From Eledone cirrhosa (Eukaryota): a DNA stretch of 64,000 nt. The translations under genes were made by a program, and so were the position numbers. The stretch is from NCBI GenBank assembly GCA_964016885.1, contig OZ024749.1:15500001-15564000 (forward strand), given 5' to 3'. The notes under the pieces are model-generated. The model was not told where the DNA came from and searched no databases. It worked only from the letters and a program-made list of their open reading frames with translations. This document shows, piece after piece, positions 1-20,600 of the stretch (the stretch's first letter is position 1; every line of letters begins with the position of its first letter).

Positions 1-2050
1 CACACACACACAGACACAGTTGACAGATAGACATACACACACACACACAGACACAGTTGACAGATAGACATACACACACACACAGACACAGTTGACAGAT
101 AGACATACACACACACACAGACACAGTTGACAGATAGACATACACACACACACACACACACAGTTGACAGATAAACATACACACACACACAGAGACACAG
201 TTGACAGATAGACATACACACACACACAGACACAGTTGACAGATAGACAAACACACACACAGACACAGTTGACAGATAGACATACACACACACACACAGA
301 CACAGTTGACAGATAGACATACACACACACACAGACACAGTTGACAGATAGACATACACACACACACAGACACAGTTGACAGATAGACATACACACACAC
401 ACACAGACACAGTTGACAGATAGAATACACACACACACAGACACAGTTGACAGATAGACATACATACACACACAGACACAGTTGACAGATAGACATACAC
501 ACACACACACACATACACAGTTAACAGATAGACATACACACACACACACAGACACAGTTGACAGAAAGACATACACACACACACACACAGACACAGTTGA
601 CAGATAGACACACACACACACACACACAGACACAGTTGACAGATAGACATACACACACACACAGACACAGTTGACAGATAGACATACACACACACACAGA
701 CACAGTTGACAGATAGACATACACACACACAGACACAGTTGACAGATAGATACACACACACACACAGACACAGTTGACAGATAGACATACACACACACAC
801 ACAGACACAGTTGACAGATAGACATACACACACAGACACAGTTGACAGATAGACATACACACACACACACAGACACAGTTGACAGCTAGACATACACACA
901 TAGTTGACAGCTAGACATACACACACAGTTGACAGATAGACATTCACACACACACACAGACACAGTTGACAGAGAGACATACACACACACAGACACAGTT
1001 TACTGATAGACATACACACACACACACAGACACAGTTGACAGATAGACATACACACACACACACAGTTGACAGATAGAATACACACACACACAGACACAG
1101 TTGACAGATAGACATACACACACACACAGTTGACAGATAGACATACACACACACACACACAGACACAGTTGACAGATAGACATACACACACACACAGACA
1201 CAGTTGACAGATAGACATACACACACACACACAGACACAGTTGACAGATAGACACACACACACACACAGACACAGTTGACAGATAGACATACACACAAAC
1301 ACACAGTTGACAGATAGACATACACACACACACACAGTTGACAGATAGACATACATACACACACAGACACAGTTAACAGATAGACATACACTAACACACA
1401 CACAGTTGACAGATAGACATACACACACACACACACAGACACAGTTGACAGATAGACATATACACACACACACAGACACAGTTGACAGATAGACATACAC
1501 ACACACACACAGACACAGTTGACAGATAGACACACACACACACACAGACACAGTTGACAGATAGACATACACACAAACACACAGTTGACAGATAGACATA
1601 CACACACACACACAGTTGACAGATAGACATACATACACACACAGACACAGTTGACAGATAGACATACACTAACACACACACAGTTGACAGATAGACATAC
1701 ACACACACACACACAGACACAGTTGACAGATAGACATACACACACACAGACACAGTTGACAGATAGACATACACACACACACACAGACACAGTTGACAGA
1801 TAGACACACACACACACAGACACAGTTGACAGATAGACATACACACACACACACAGACACAGTTGACAGATAGACATACACACACACACACAGACACAGT
1901 TGACAGATAGACATACACACACACACAGACACAGTTGACAGATAGACATACACACACACAGACACAGTTGACAGATAGACATACACACACACACACAGAC
2001 ACAGTTGACAGATAGACATACACACACACACAGACACAGTTAACAGATAG

Positions 2051-2094
<44 letters not shown>

Positions 2095-5000
2095 ACACAG
2101 TTGACAGATAGACATACAGACACACACAGACAAAGTTGACAGATAGACATACACACACACACAGACACAGTTGACAGAGAAACATACACACACACACAGA
2201 CACAGTTGACAGATAGACATACACACACACACAGACACAGTTGACAGATAGACATACACACACACACAGACACAGTTGACAGATAGACATACACACACAC
2301 AGACACAGTTGACAGATAGACACACACACACACAGACACAGTTGACAGATAGACATACACACACACACACACAGACACGGTTGACAGATAGACATACACA
2401 CACACACAGACACAGTTGACAGATAGACATACACACACGCACAGATACAGTTGACAGATAGACATACACACACACACAGACACAGTTGACAGATAGACAT
2501 ACACACACACACAGAGACACAGTTGACAGATAGACATACACACACAGTTGACAGATAGACATTCACACACACACACACACAGACACAGTTGACAGAGAGA
2601 CATACACACACACAGACACAGTTGACAGATAGACATACACACACAGTTGACAGATAGACATTCACACACACACACAGACACAGTTGACTGATAGACATAC
2701 ACACACAGACACAGTTGACAGATAGACATACACACACACACACACACACACACAGTTGACAGATAGACATACACACACACACACAGACACAGTTGACTGA
2801 TAGACATACACACACACACAGACACAGTTGACAGATAGACATACACACACACACAGACACAGTTGACAGATAGACATACACACACACACAGACACAGTTG
2901 ACAGATAGACATACACACACACAGACACAGTTGACAGATAGACACACACACACACACAGACACAGTTGACAGACATACACACACACACACAGACACAGTT
3001 GACAGATAGACATACACACACACACAGACACAGTTGACAGATAGACATACACACACACAGACACAGTTGACAGCTAGACATACACACACTGTTGACAGAT
3101 AGACATTCACACACACACACAGACACAGTTGACAGAGAGACATACACACACACAGACACAGTTGACAGATAGACATACACACACACACACACAGTTGACA
3201 GATAGAATACACACACACACAGACAGTTGACAGATAGACATACACACACACACACAGTTGACAGATAGACATACACACACACACACACACAGACACAGTT
3301 GACAGATAGACATACACACACACACAGACACAGTTGACAGATAGACATACACACACACACACAGACACAGTTGACAGATAGACATACACACACACACAGA
3401 CACAGTTGACAGATAGACATACACACACACACAGACACAGTTGACAGATAGACATACACACACACACACACAGTTGACAGATAGACATACACACACACAC
3501 AGAGACACAGTTGACAGATAGACATACACACACACACAGACACAGTTGACAGATAGACAAACACACACACAGACACAGTTGACAGATAGACATACACACA
3601 CACACACAGACACAGTTGACAGATAGACATACACACACAGTTGACAGATAGACATTCACACACACACACACACACACAGACACAGTTGACAGAGAGACAT
3701 ACACACACACAGACACAGTTGACAGATAGACATACACACACAGTTGACAGATAGACATTCACACACACACACAGACACAGTTGACTGATAGACATACACA
3801 CACAGACACAGTTGACAGATAGACATACACACACACACACACACAGTTGACAGATAGACATACACACACACACACAGACACAGTTGACTGATAGACATAC
3901 ACACACACACAGACACAGTTGACAGATAGACAAACACACACACAGACACAGTTGACAGATAGACATACACACACACACAGACACAGTTGACAGATAGACA
4001 TACACACACACACACAGACACAGTTGACAGATATACATACACACACACACAGACACAGTTGACAGATAGACAAACACACACACAGACACAGTTGACAGAT
4101 AGACATATACACACACACACACACAGTTGACAGATAGACATACACACACACACACACAGACACAGTTGACAGATAGACATACACACACACACAGACACAT
4201 TTGACAGATAGACAAACACACACACAGACACAGTTGACAGATAGACATACACACACACACACAGACACAGTTGACAGATAGACATACACACACACACAGA
4301 CACAGTTCACAGATAGACATACACACACACACACAGACACAGTTGACAGATAGACATACACACACACACACACAGTTGACAGATAGACATACACACACAC
4401 ACAGACACAGTTGAAATATAGACATACACACACACAGACACAGTTGACAGATAGACATACACACACACACAGACACAGTTGACAGATAGACATACACGCA
4501 CACACAGACACAGTTGACATATAGACATACACACATACACTCAGACACAGTTGACAGATAGACATACACACACACACAGACACAGTCGACAGATAGACAT
4601 ACACACACACACACAGACACAGTTGACAGATAGACATACACACACACACACAGACACAGTTGACAGATAGACATACACACACACACACAGACACAGTTGA
4701 CATATAGACATACACACACACACAGACACAGTTGACAGATAGAATACACACACACACAGACACAGTTGACAGATAGACATACACACACACACAGACACAG
4801 TTGACAGATAGACATACACACACACACACACACATACACAGTTGACAGATAGACATACACACACACACACAGACACAGTTGACAGATAGACATACACACA
4901 CACACACAGACACAGTTGACAGATAGACATACACATACACACAGACACAGTTGACAGATAGACATACACACACACACACAGACACAGTTGACAGATAGAC

Positions 5001-7674
5001 ATACACATACACACAGACACAGTTGACAGATAGACATACACACATACAGACAGTTGACAGATAGACATACACACACACACACACAGACACAGTTGACAGA
5101 TAGACATACAGACACACACAGACACAGTTGACAGATAGACATACACACACACACAGACACAGTTGACAGATAGACATACACACACACACACAGACACAGT
5201 TGACAGATAGACATACACACACACACAGACACAGTTGACAGATAGACATACACACACACACAGACACAGTTGACAGATAGACATACACACACACAGACAC
5301 AGTTGACAGATAGACACACACACACACACAGACACAGTTGACAGATAGACATACACACACACACACAGACACAGTTGACAGATAGACATACACACACACA
5401 CAGACACAGTTGACAGATAGACATACACACACACACACAGACACAGTTGACAGCTAGACATACACACACAGTTGACAGATAGACATTCACACACACACAC
5501 AGACACAGTTGACAGAGAGACATACACACACACAGACACAGTTGACAGATAGACATACACACACACACACACACAGTTGACAGATAGAATACACACACAC
5601 ACAGACACAGTTGACAGATAGACATACACACACACAGTTGACAGATAGACACACACACACACACAGACACAGTTGACAGATAGACATACACACACACACA
5701 GACACAGTTGACAGATAGACATACACACACACACACACACAGTTGACAGATAGACATACACACACACACAGACACAGTTGACAGATAGACATACACACAC
5801 ACACACACACACAGTTGACAGATAGACATACACACACACACAGAGACACAGTTGACAGATAGACATACACACACACACAGACACAGTTGACAGATAGACA
5901 AACACACACACAGACACAGTTGACAGATAGACATACACACGCACACACAGACACAGTTGACAGATAGACATACACACACACACAGACAGAGTTGACAGAT
6001 AGACATACATACACACAGACACAGACACAGTTGACAGATAGACATACACACACACACACATACACAGTTGACAGATAGACATACACACACACACACAGAC
6101 ACAGTTGACAGATAGACATACACACACACACACACAGACACAGTTGACAGATAGACACACACACACACACAGACACAGTTGACAGATAGACATACACACA
6201 CACACAGACACAGTTGACAGATAGACATACACACACACACAGACACAGTTGACAGATAGACATACACACACACAGACACAGTTGACAGATAGATACACAC
6301 ACAGACACAGTTGACAGATAGACATACACACACACACACAGACACAGTTGACAGATAGACATACACACACAGTTGACAGATAGACATTCACACACACACA
6401 CAGACACAGTTGACAGAGAGACATACACACACACAGACACAGTTGACAGATAGACATACACACACACACACAGACACAGTTGACTGATAGACATACACAC
6501 ACACACACAGACACATTTGACAGCTAGACATACACACACAGTTGACAGATAGACATTCACACACACACACAGACACAGTTGACAGAGAGACATACACACA
6601 CACAGACACAGTTGACAGATAGACATACACACACACACACAGACACAGTTGACTGATAGACATACACACACACACACAGACACAGTTGACAGATAGACAT
6701 ACACACACACACACAGTTGACAGATAGAATACACACACACACAGACACAGTTGACAGATAGATATACACACACACACACAGTTGACAGATAGACATACAC
6801 ACACACACACACAGACACAGTTGACAGATAGACACACACACACACACAGACACAGTTGACAGATAGACATACACACACACACACAGACACAGTTGACAGA
6901 TAGACATACACACACACACAGACACAGTTGAAATATAGACATACACACACAGACACAGTTGACAGATAGACATACACACACACACACAGTTGACAGATAG
7001 ACATATACACACACAGACAGTTGTTGACAGATAGACATACATAGACACACAGACACAGTTAACAGATAGACATGCACACACACACAGACACAGTTGACAG
7101 ATAGACATACACACACACAGACACAGTTGACAGATAGACATACACACACACACAGACACAGTTGACAGATAGACATACACAAACACACACACAGTTGACA
7201 GATAGACATACACACACACACAGACACAGTTGACAGATAGACATACACACACACACACAGACACAGTTGACAGATAGACACACACACAGACACAGTTGAC
7301 AGATAGACATACACACACACACAGACACAGTTGACAGATAGACATACACACACACACACAGACACAGTTGACAGATAGACATACACACACACACAGACAC
7401 AGTTGACAGATAGACATACACACACACAGACACAGTTGACAGATAGACATACACACACACACACAGACACAGTTGACAGATAAACATACACACACACACA
7501 CAGACACAGTTGACAGATAGACATACACACACACACACAGACACAGTTGACAGATAGACATACACACACACACATACACACACACACAGACACAGTTGAC
7601 AGATAGACATACACACACACACACAGACACAGTTGACAGATAGACATACACACACACACACAGTTGACAGATAG

Positions 7675-7720
<46 letters not shown>

Positions 7721-9929
7721 CACAGTTGACAGATAGACATACAGACACACACAGACAAAGTTGACAGATAGACATACACACACACACTGACACAGTTGAC
7801 AGATAGACATACACACACACACAGACACAGTTGACAGATAGACATACACACACACACAGACACAGTTGACAGATAGACATACACACACACAGACACAGTT
7901 GACAGATAGACACACACACACACACACAGACACAGTTGACAGATAGACACACACACACACACACAGACACAGTTGACAGATAGACATACACACACACACA
8001 GACACAGTTGACAGATAGACATACGCACACACACAGATACAGTTGACAGATAGACATACACACACACACAGACACAGTTGACAGATAGACATACACACAC
8101 ACACACAGACACAGTTGACAGATAGACATACACACACAGTTGACAGATAGACATTCACACACACACACAGACACAGTTGACAGAGAGACATACACACACA
8201 CAGACACAGTTGACAGATAGACATACACACACAGTTGTCAGATAGACATTCACACACACACACACAGACACAGTTGACTGATAGACATACACACACAGAC
8301 ACAGTTGACAGATAGACATACACACACACACAGTTGACAGATAGACATACACACACACACACAGACACAGTTGACTGATAGACATACACACACACACAGA
8401 CACAGTGACAGATAGACAAACACACACACAGACACAGTTGACAGATAGACATACACACACACACAGACACAGTTGACAGATAGACATACACACACAGTTG
8501 ACAGATAGACATTCACACACACACACAGACACAGTTGACAGAGAGACATACACACACACAGACACAGTTGACAGATAGACATACACACACAGTTGTCAGA
8601 TAGACATTCACACACACACACACAGACACAGTTGACTGATAGACATACACACACAGACACAGTTGACAGATAGACATACACACACACACAGTTGACAGAT
8701 AGACATACACACACACACACAGACACAGTTGACAGATAGACATACACACACACACAGACACAGTTGACAGATAGACATACACACACACACAGACACAGTT
8801 GACAGATAGACATATACACACACACACACACACACAGTTGACAGATAGACATACACACACACACACAGAGACACAGTTGACAGATAGACATACACACACA
8901 CACAGACACAGTTGACAGATAGACAAACACACACACAGACACAGTTGACAGATAGACATACACACACACAGACACAGTTGACAGATAGACATACACACAC
9001 ACAGAGACACAGTTGACAGATAGACATACACACACACACAGACACAGTTGACAGATAGACATACACACACACAGAGACACAGTTGACAGATAGACATACA
9101 CACACACACAGACACAGTTGACAGATAGACATACACACACACACAGACACAGTTGACAGATAGACATACACACACACAGAGACACAGTTGACAGATAGAC
9201 ATATACACACACACACACACACACAGTTGACAGATAGACATACACACACACACACAGAGACACAGTTGACAGATAGACATACATACACACACAGACACAG
9301 TTGACAGATAGACAAACACACACACAGACACAGTTGACAGATAGACATACACACACACAGACACAGTTGACAGATAGACATACACACACACACAGACACA
9401 GTTCACAGATAGACATACACACACACACACAGACACAGTTGACAGATAGACATACACACACACACACAGACACAGTTGACAGATAGACATACACACACAC
9501 ACAGACACAGTTGAAATATAGACATACACACACACACACACACACACAGACACAGTTGACAGATAGACATACACACACACACAGACACAGTTGACATATA
9601 GACATACACACACACACACAGACACAGTTGACAGATAGACATACACACACACACACAGACACAGTTGACAGATAGACAGACACACACACACAGACACAGT
9701 TGACAGATAGAATACACACACACACAGACACAGTTGACAGATAGACATACACACACAGACACAGTTGACAGATAGACATACACACACACACACACACATA
9801 CACAGTTGACAGATAGACATACACACACACACACAGACACAGTTGACAGATAGACATACACACACACACACACACACACACAGTTGACAGATAGACATAC
9901 ACATACACACAGACAGAGTTGACAGATAG

Positions 9930-9960
<31 letters not shown>

Positions 9961-10814
9961 GTTGACAGATAGACATACACACACACACACAGACACAGTT
10001 GACAGATAGACATACACACACACACAGACACAGTTGACAGATAGAATACACACACACACAGACACAGTTGACAGATAGACATACACACACACAGTTGACA
10101 GATAGACATACACACACACACACAGACACAGTTGACAGATAGACATACAGACACACACAGACACAGTTGACAGATAGACATACACACACACACAGACACA
10201 GTTGACAGATAGACATACACACACACACACAGACACAGTTGACAGATAGACATACACACACACACAGACACAGTTGACAGATAGACATACACACACACAC
10301 AGACACAGTTGACAGATAGACATACACACACACAGACACAGTTGACAGATAGACACACACACACACACACAGACAGTTGACAGATAGACATACACACACA
10401 CACAGACACAGTTGACAGATAGACATTCACACACACAGACACAGTTGACAGAGAGACATACACACACACAGACACAGTTGACAGATAGACATACACACAC
10501 ACACACACACAGTTGACAGATAGAATACACACACACACAGACACAGTTGACAGATAGACATACACACACACACACAGTTTACAGATAGACATACACACAC
10601 ACACAGCCACAGTTGACAGATCGACATACACACACACACACAGACACAGTTGACAGATAGACATACACACACACACACAGACACAGTTGACAGATAGACA
10701 TACACACACACACATACACACACACACAGACACAGTTGACAGATAGACATACACACACACACACAGACACAGTTGACAGATAGACATACACACACACACA
10801 CAGTTGACAGATAG

Positions 10815-10866
<52 letters not shown>

Positions 10867-13074
10867 AGTTGACAGATAGACATACAGACACACACAGACA
10901 AAGTTGACAGATAGACATACACACACACACTGACACAGTTGACAGATAGACATACACACACACACAGACACAGTTGACAGATAGACATACACACACACAC
11001 AGACACAGTTGACAGATAGACATACACACACACAGACACAGTTGACAGATAGACACACACACACACACACAGACACAGTTGACAGATAGACACACACACA
11101 CACACACAGACACAGTTGACAGATAGACATACACACACACACAGACACAGTTGACAGATAGACATACGCACACACACAGATACAGTTGACAGATAGACAT
11201 ACACACACACACAGACACAGTTGACAGATAGACATACACACACACACACAGACACAGTTGACAGATAGACATACACACACAGTTGACAGATAGACATTCA
11301 CACACACACACAGACACAGTTGACAGAGAGACATACACACACACAGACACAGTTGACAGATAGACATACACACACAGTTGTCAGATAGACATTCACACAC
11401 ACACACACAGACACAGTTGACTGATAGACATACACACACAGACACAGTTGACAGATAGACATACACACACACACAGTTGACAGATAGACATACACACACA
11501 CACACAGACACAGTTGACTGATAGACATACACACACACACAGACACAGTGACAGATAGACAAACACACACACAGACACAGTTGACAGATAGACATACACA
11601 CACACACAGACACAGTTGACAGATAGACATACACACACAGTTGACAGATAGACATTCACACACACACACAGACACAGTTGACAGAGAGACATACACACAC
11701 ACAGACACAGTTGACAGATAGACATACACACACAGTTGTCAGATAGACATTCACACACACACACACAGACACAGTTGACTGATAGACATACACACACAGA
11801 CACAGTTGACAGATAGACATACACACACACACAGTTGACAGATAGACATACACACACACACACAGACACAGTTGACAGATAGACATACACACACACACAG
11901 ACACAGTTGACAGATAGACATACACACACACACAGACACAGTTGACAGATAGACATATACACACACACACACACACACACAGTTGACAGATAGACATACA
12001 CACACACACACAGAGACACAGTTGACAGATAGACATACACACACACACAGACACAGTTGACAGATAGACAAACACACACACAGACACAGTTGACAGATAG
12101 ACATACACACACACAGACACAGTTGACAGATAGACATACACACACACAGAGACACAGTTGACAGATAGACATACACACACACACAGACACAGTTGACAGA
12201 TAGACATACACACACACAGAGACACAGTTGACAGATAGACATACACACACACACAGACACAGTTGACAGATAGACATACACACACACACAGACACAGTTG
12301 ACAGATAGACATACACACACACAGAGACACAGTTGACAGATAGACATATACACACACACACACACACACAGTTGACAGATAGACATACACACACACACAC
12401 AGAGACACAGTTGACAGATAGACATACATACACACACAGACACAGTTGACAGATAGACAAACACACACACAGACACAGTTGACAGATAGACATACACACA
12501 CACAGACACAGTTGACAGATAGACATACACACACACACAGACACAGTTCACAGATAGACATACACACACACACACAGACACAGTTGACAGATAGACATAC
12601 ACACACACACACAGACACAGTTGACAGATAGACATACACACACACACAGACACAGTTGAAATATAGACATACACACACACACACACACACACAGACACAG
12701 TTGACAGATAGACATACACACACACACAGACACAGTTGACATATAGACATACACACACACACACAGACACAGTTGACAGATAGACATACACACACACACA
12801 CAGACACAGTTGACAGATAGACAGACACACACACACAGACACAGTTGACAGATAGAATACACACACACACAGACACAGTTGACAGATAGACATACACACA
12901 CAGACACAGTTGACAGATAGACATACACACACACACACACACATACACAGTTGACAGATAGACATACACACACACACACAGACACAGTTGACAGATAGAC
13001 ATACACACACACACACACACACACACAGTTGACAGATAGACATACACATACACACAGACAGAGTTGACAGATAG

Positions 13075-13105
<31 letters not shown>

Positions 13106-14614
13106 GTTGACAGATAGACATACACACACACACACAGACACAGTTGACAGATAGACATACACACACACACAGACACAGTTGACAGATAGAATACACACAC
13201 ACACAGACACAGTTGACAGATAGACATACACACACACAGTTGACAGATAGACATACACACACACACACAGACACAGTTGACAGATAGACATACAGACACA
13301 CACAGACACAGTTGACAGATAGACATACACACACACACAGACACAGTTGACAGATAGACATACACACACACACACAGACACAGTTGACAGATAGACATAC
13401 ACACACACACAGACACAGTTGACAGATAGACATACACACACACAGACACAGTTGACAGATAGACATACACACACACAGACACAGTTGACAGATAGACACA
13501 CACACACACACACAGACAGTTGACAGATAGACATACACACACACACAGACACAGTTGACAGATAGACATTCACACACACAGACACAGTTGACAGAGAGAC
13601 ATACACACACACAGACACAGTTGACAGATAGACATACACACACACACACACACAGTTGACAGATAGAATACACACACACACAGACACAGTTGACAGATAG
13701 ACATACACACACACACACAGTTTACAGATAGACATACACACACACACAGCCACAGTTGACAGATCGACATACACACACACACACAGACACAGTTGACAGA
13801 TAGACATACACACACACACACAGACACAGTTGACAGATAGACATACACACACACACACAGTTGACAGATAGATATACACACACACACACAGTTGACAGAT
13901 AGACATATACACACACACACACAGAGACAGTTGACAGATAGACATACATACACACACAGACACAGTTAACAGATAGACATGCACACACACACAGACACAG
14001 TTGACAGATAGACATACACAAACACACACACAGTTGACAGATAGACATACACACACACACAGACACAGTTGACAGATAGACATACACACACACACAGACA
14101 CAGTTGACAGATAGACACACACACACACAGACACAGTTGACAGATAGACATAAACACACACACACAGACACAGTTGACAGATAGACATACACACACACAC
14201 ACAGACACAGTTGACAGATAGACATACACACACACACAGACACAGTTGACAGATAGACATACACACACACACAGACACAGTTGACAGATAGACATACACA
14301 CACACACACAGACACAGTTGACAGATAGACATACACACACACACACAGACACAGTTGACAGATAGACATACACACACACACAGACACAGTTGACAGATAG
14401 ACATACACACACACACAGACACAGTTGACAGATAGACATACACACACACACACAGACACAGTTGACAGATAGACATACACACACACACACAGACACAGTT
14501 GACAGATAGACATACACACACACACACAGACACAGTTGACAGATAGACATACACACACACACACAGACACAGTTGACAGATAGACATACACACACACACA
14601 CAGTTGACAGATAG

Positions 14615-14660
<46 letters not shown>

Positions 14661-17600
14661 AGTTGACAGATAGACATACAGACACACACAGACACAGTTG
14701 ACAGATAAACATACACACACACACACAGACACAGTTGACAGATAGACATACACACACACACAGACACAGTTGACAGATAGACATACACACACACACACAG
14801 ACACAGTTGACAGATAGACATACACACACACAGAGACAGTTGACAGATAGACACACACACACAGACACAGTTGACAGATAGACATACACACACACACACA
14901 CAGACACAGTTGACAGATAGACATACACACACACACAGATACAGTTGACAGATAGACATACACACACACACAGACACAGTTGACAGATAGACATACACAC
15001 ACACACACAGACACAGTTGACAGATAGACATACACACACACACACAGACACAGTTGACAGATAGACATACACACACAGTTGACAGATAGACATTCACACA
15101 CACACATACACAAACACAGTTGACAGAGAGACATACACACACACAGACACAGTTGACAGATAGACATACACACACAGTTGACAGATAGACATTCACACAC
15201 ACACACAGACACAGTTGACTGATAGACATACACACACAGACACAGTTGACAGATAGACATACACACACACACACACACACACAGTTGACAGATAGACATA
15301 CACACACACAGACACAGTTGACTGATAGACAAACACACACACAGACACAGTTGACAGATAGACATACACACACACACAGACACAGTTGACAGATAGACAT
15401 ACACACACACACACAGAGACACAGTTGACAGATAGACATACACACACACACAGACACAGTTGACAGATAGACATACACACACACACAGACACAGTTGACA
15501 GATAGACATACACACACACACACACAGACACAGTTGACAGATAGACATACACACACACACACACACACACACAGTTGACAGATAGACATACACACACAGA
15601 GACACAGTTGACAGATAGACAAACACACACACAGACACAGTTGACAGATAGACATACACACACACACAGACACAGTTGACAGATAGACATACACACACAC
15701 ACACAGAGACACAGTTGACAGATAGACATACACACACACACAGACACAGTTGACAGATAGACATACACACACACACAGACACAGTTGACAGATAGACATA
15801 CACACACACACACACAGACACAGTTGACAGATAGACATACACACACACACACACACACACAGTTGACAGATAGACATACACACACAGACACAGTTGACTG
15901 ATAGACATACACACACACAGAGACACAGTTGACAGATAGACAAACACACACACAGACACAGTTGACAGATAGACATACACACACACACAGACACAGTTGA
16001 CAGATAGACATACACACACACACACAGAGACACAGTTGACAGATAGACATACACACACACACAGACACAGTTGACAGATAGACATACACACACACACAGA
16101 CACAGTTGACAGATAGACATACACACACACACACACACACAGTTGACAGATAGACATACACACACACAGACACAGTTGACTGATAGACATACACACACAC
16201 AGAGACACAGTTGACAGATAGACAAACACACACACAGACACAGTTGACAGATAGACATACACACACACACAGACACAGTTGACAGATAGACATACACACA
16301 CACACACAGAGACACAGTTGACAGATAGACACACACACACACACAGACACAGTTGACAGATAGACACACACACACACACAGACACAGTTGACAGATAGAC
16401 ATACACACACACACAGACACAGTTGACAGATAGACATACACACACACACAGATACAGTTGACAGATAGACATACACACACACACAGACACAGTTGACAGA
16501 TAGACATACACACACACACACAGACACAGTTGACAGATAGACATACACACACAGTTGACAGATAGACATTCACACACACACACACACAGACACAGTTGAC
16601 AGAGAGACATACACACACACAGACACAGTTGACAGATAGACATTCACACACACACACAGACACAGTTGACTGATAGACATACACACACAGACACAGTTGA
16701 CAGATAGACATACACACACACACACACACAGTTGACAGATAGACATACACACACACACACAGACACAGTTGACTGATAGACATACACACACACACACACA
16801 GTTGACAGATAGACAAACACACACACAGACACAGTTGACAGATAGACATAAACACACACACACAGACACAGTTGACAGATAGACATACACACACACACAC
16901 AGACACAGTTGACAGATAGACATACACACACACACAGACACAGTTGACAGATAGACATACACACACACAGACACAGTTGACAGATAGACACACACACACA
17001 CAGACACAGTTGACAGATAGACAAACACACACACAGACACAGTTGACAGATAGACATAAACACACACACACAGACACAGTTGACAGATAGACATACACAC
17101 ACACACACAGACACAGTTGACAGATAGACATACACACACACACAGACACAGTTGACAGATAGACATACACACACACACACAGACACAGTTGACAGCTAGA
17201 CACACATACACACAGACACAGTTGACAGATAGACATACACACACACAGACACAGTTGACAGATAGACATACACACACACAGACACAGTTGACAGATAGAC
17301 ACACATACACACAGACACAGTTGACAGATAGACATACACACACACAGACACAGTTGACAGATAGACATACACACACACAGACACAGTTGACAGATAGACA
17401 CACACACACACAGACACAGTTGACAGATAGACATAAACACACACACACAGACACAGTTGACAGATAGACATACACACACACACACAGACACAGTTGACAG
17501 ATAGACACACATACACACAGACACAGTTGACAGATAGACATACACACACACAGACACAGTTGACAGATAGACATACACACACACAGACACAGTTGACAGA

Positions 17601-20600
17601 TAGACACACACACACACAGACACAGTTGACAGATAGACATAAACACACACACACAGACACAGTTGACAGATAGACATACACACACACACACAGACACAGT
17701 TGACAGATAGACATACACACACACACAGACACAGTTGACAGATAGACATACACACACACAGACACAGTTGACAGATAGACATACACACACACACAGAGAC
17801 ACAGTTGACAGATAGACATACACACACACACATACACACACACACACGCACACAGACACAGTTGACAGATAGACATACACACACACACACACAGACACAG
17901 TTGACAGATAGACATACACACACACACACAGTTGACAGATAGACATACACACACACACACACACACACAACACACACACACAGACACAGTTGACAGATAG
18001 ACATACAGACACACACAGACAAAGTTGACAGATAGACATACACACACACACAGACACAGTTGACAGATAAACATACACACACACACACAGACACAGTTGA
18101 CAGATAGACATACACACACACACAGACACAGTTGACAGATAGACATACACACACACACACACAGACACAGTTGACAGATAGACATACACACACACAGAGA
18201 CAGTTGACAGATAGACACACACACACAGACACAGTTGACAGATAGACATACACACACACACACACAGACACAGTTGACAGATAGACATACACACACACAC
18301 AGACACAGTTGACAGTTAGACATACACACACACACAGATACAGTTGACAGATAGACATACACACACACACACAGACACAGTTGACAGATAGACATACACA
18401 CACACACACAGACACAGTTGACAGATAGACATACACACACACACACAGACACAGTTGACAGATAGACATACACACACAGTTGACAGATAGACATTCACAC
18501 ACACACACAGACACAGTTGACTGATAGACATACACACACAGACACAGTTGACAGATAGACATACACACACACACACACACACACAGTTGACAGATAGACA
18601 TACACACACACAGACACAGTTGACTGATAGACATACACACACACAGAGACACAGTTGACAGATAGACAAACACACACACAGACACAGTTGACAGATAGAC
18701 ATACACACACACAGACACAGTTGACAGATAGACAAACACACACACAGACACAGTTGACAGATAGACATACACACACACACAGACACAGTTGACAGATATA
18801 CATACACACACACACACAGAGACACAGTTGACAGATAGACATACACACATACACAGACACAGTTGACAGATAGACATACACACACACACAGACACAGTTG
18901 ACAGATAGACATACACACACACACACAGACACAGTTGACAGATAGACATACACACACACACACACACACACAGTTGACAGATAGACATACACACACACAG
19001 ACACAGTTGACTGATAGACATACACACACACAGAGACACAGTTGACAGATAGACAAACACACACACAGACACAGTTGACAGATAGACATACACACACACA
19101 CAGACACAGTTGACAGATAGACATACACACACACACACAGAGACACAGTTGACAGATAGACACACACACACACACAGACACAGTTGACAGATAGACATAC
19201 ACACACACACACACAGACACAGTTGACAGATAGACATACACACACACACAGACACAGTTGACAGATAGACATACACACACACACAGATACAGTTGACAGA
19301 TAGACATACACACACACACAGACACAGTTGACAGATAGACATACACACACACACACAGACACAGTTGACAGATAGACATACACACACAGTTGACAGATAG
19401 ACATTCACACACACACACACACAGACACAGTTGACAGAGAGACATACACACACACAGACACAGTTGTCAGATAGACATTCACACACACACACACACAGTT
19501 GACAGATAGACATACACACACACACACAGACACAGTTGACTGATAGACATACACACACACACACACACAGTTGACAGATAGACAAACACACACACAGACA
19601 CAGTTGACAGATAGACATACACACAGACACAGTTGACAGATAGACATACACACACACAGACACAGTTGACAGATAGACATACACACACACAGACACAGTT
19701 GACAGATAGACATACACACACACACAGACACAGTTGACAGATAGACATATACACACACACACACACAGTTGACAGATAGACATACACACACACACACAGA
19801 GACACAGTTGACAGATAGACATACACACACACACAGACACAGTTGACAGATAGACATACACACACACACAGACACAGTTGACAGATAGACATACACACAC
19901 ACACAGACACAGTTCACAGATAGACATACACACACACACACAGACACAGTTGACAGATAGACATACACACACACACACAGACACAGTTGACAGATAGACA
20001 TACACACACACACAGACACAGTTGAAATATAGACATACACACACACACACAGACACAGTTGACAGATAGACATACACACACACACAGACACAGTTGACAG
20101 ATAGACATACACACACACACAGACACAGTTCACAGATAGACATACACACACACACACAGATACAGTTGACAGATAGACATACACACACACACAGACACAG
20201 TTGAAATATAGACATACACACACACACACAGACACAGTTGACAGATAGACATACACACACACACAGACACAGTTGACAGATAGACATACACACACACACA
20301 GACACAGTTCACAGATAGACATACACACACACACACACAGACACAGTTGACAGATAGACATACACACACACACAGACACAGTTGACAGATAGACATACAC
20401 ACACACACAGACACAGTTCACAGATAGACATACACACACACACACAGACACAGTTGACAGATAGCCATACACACACACACAGACACAGTTGACAGATAGA
20501 CATACACACACACACAGACACAGTTGACATATAGACATACACACACACACACAGACACAGTTGACAGATAGACATACACACACACACAGACACAGTTGAA

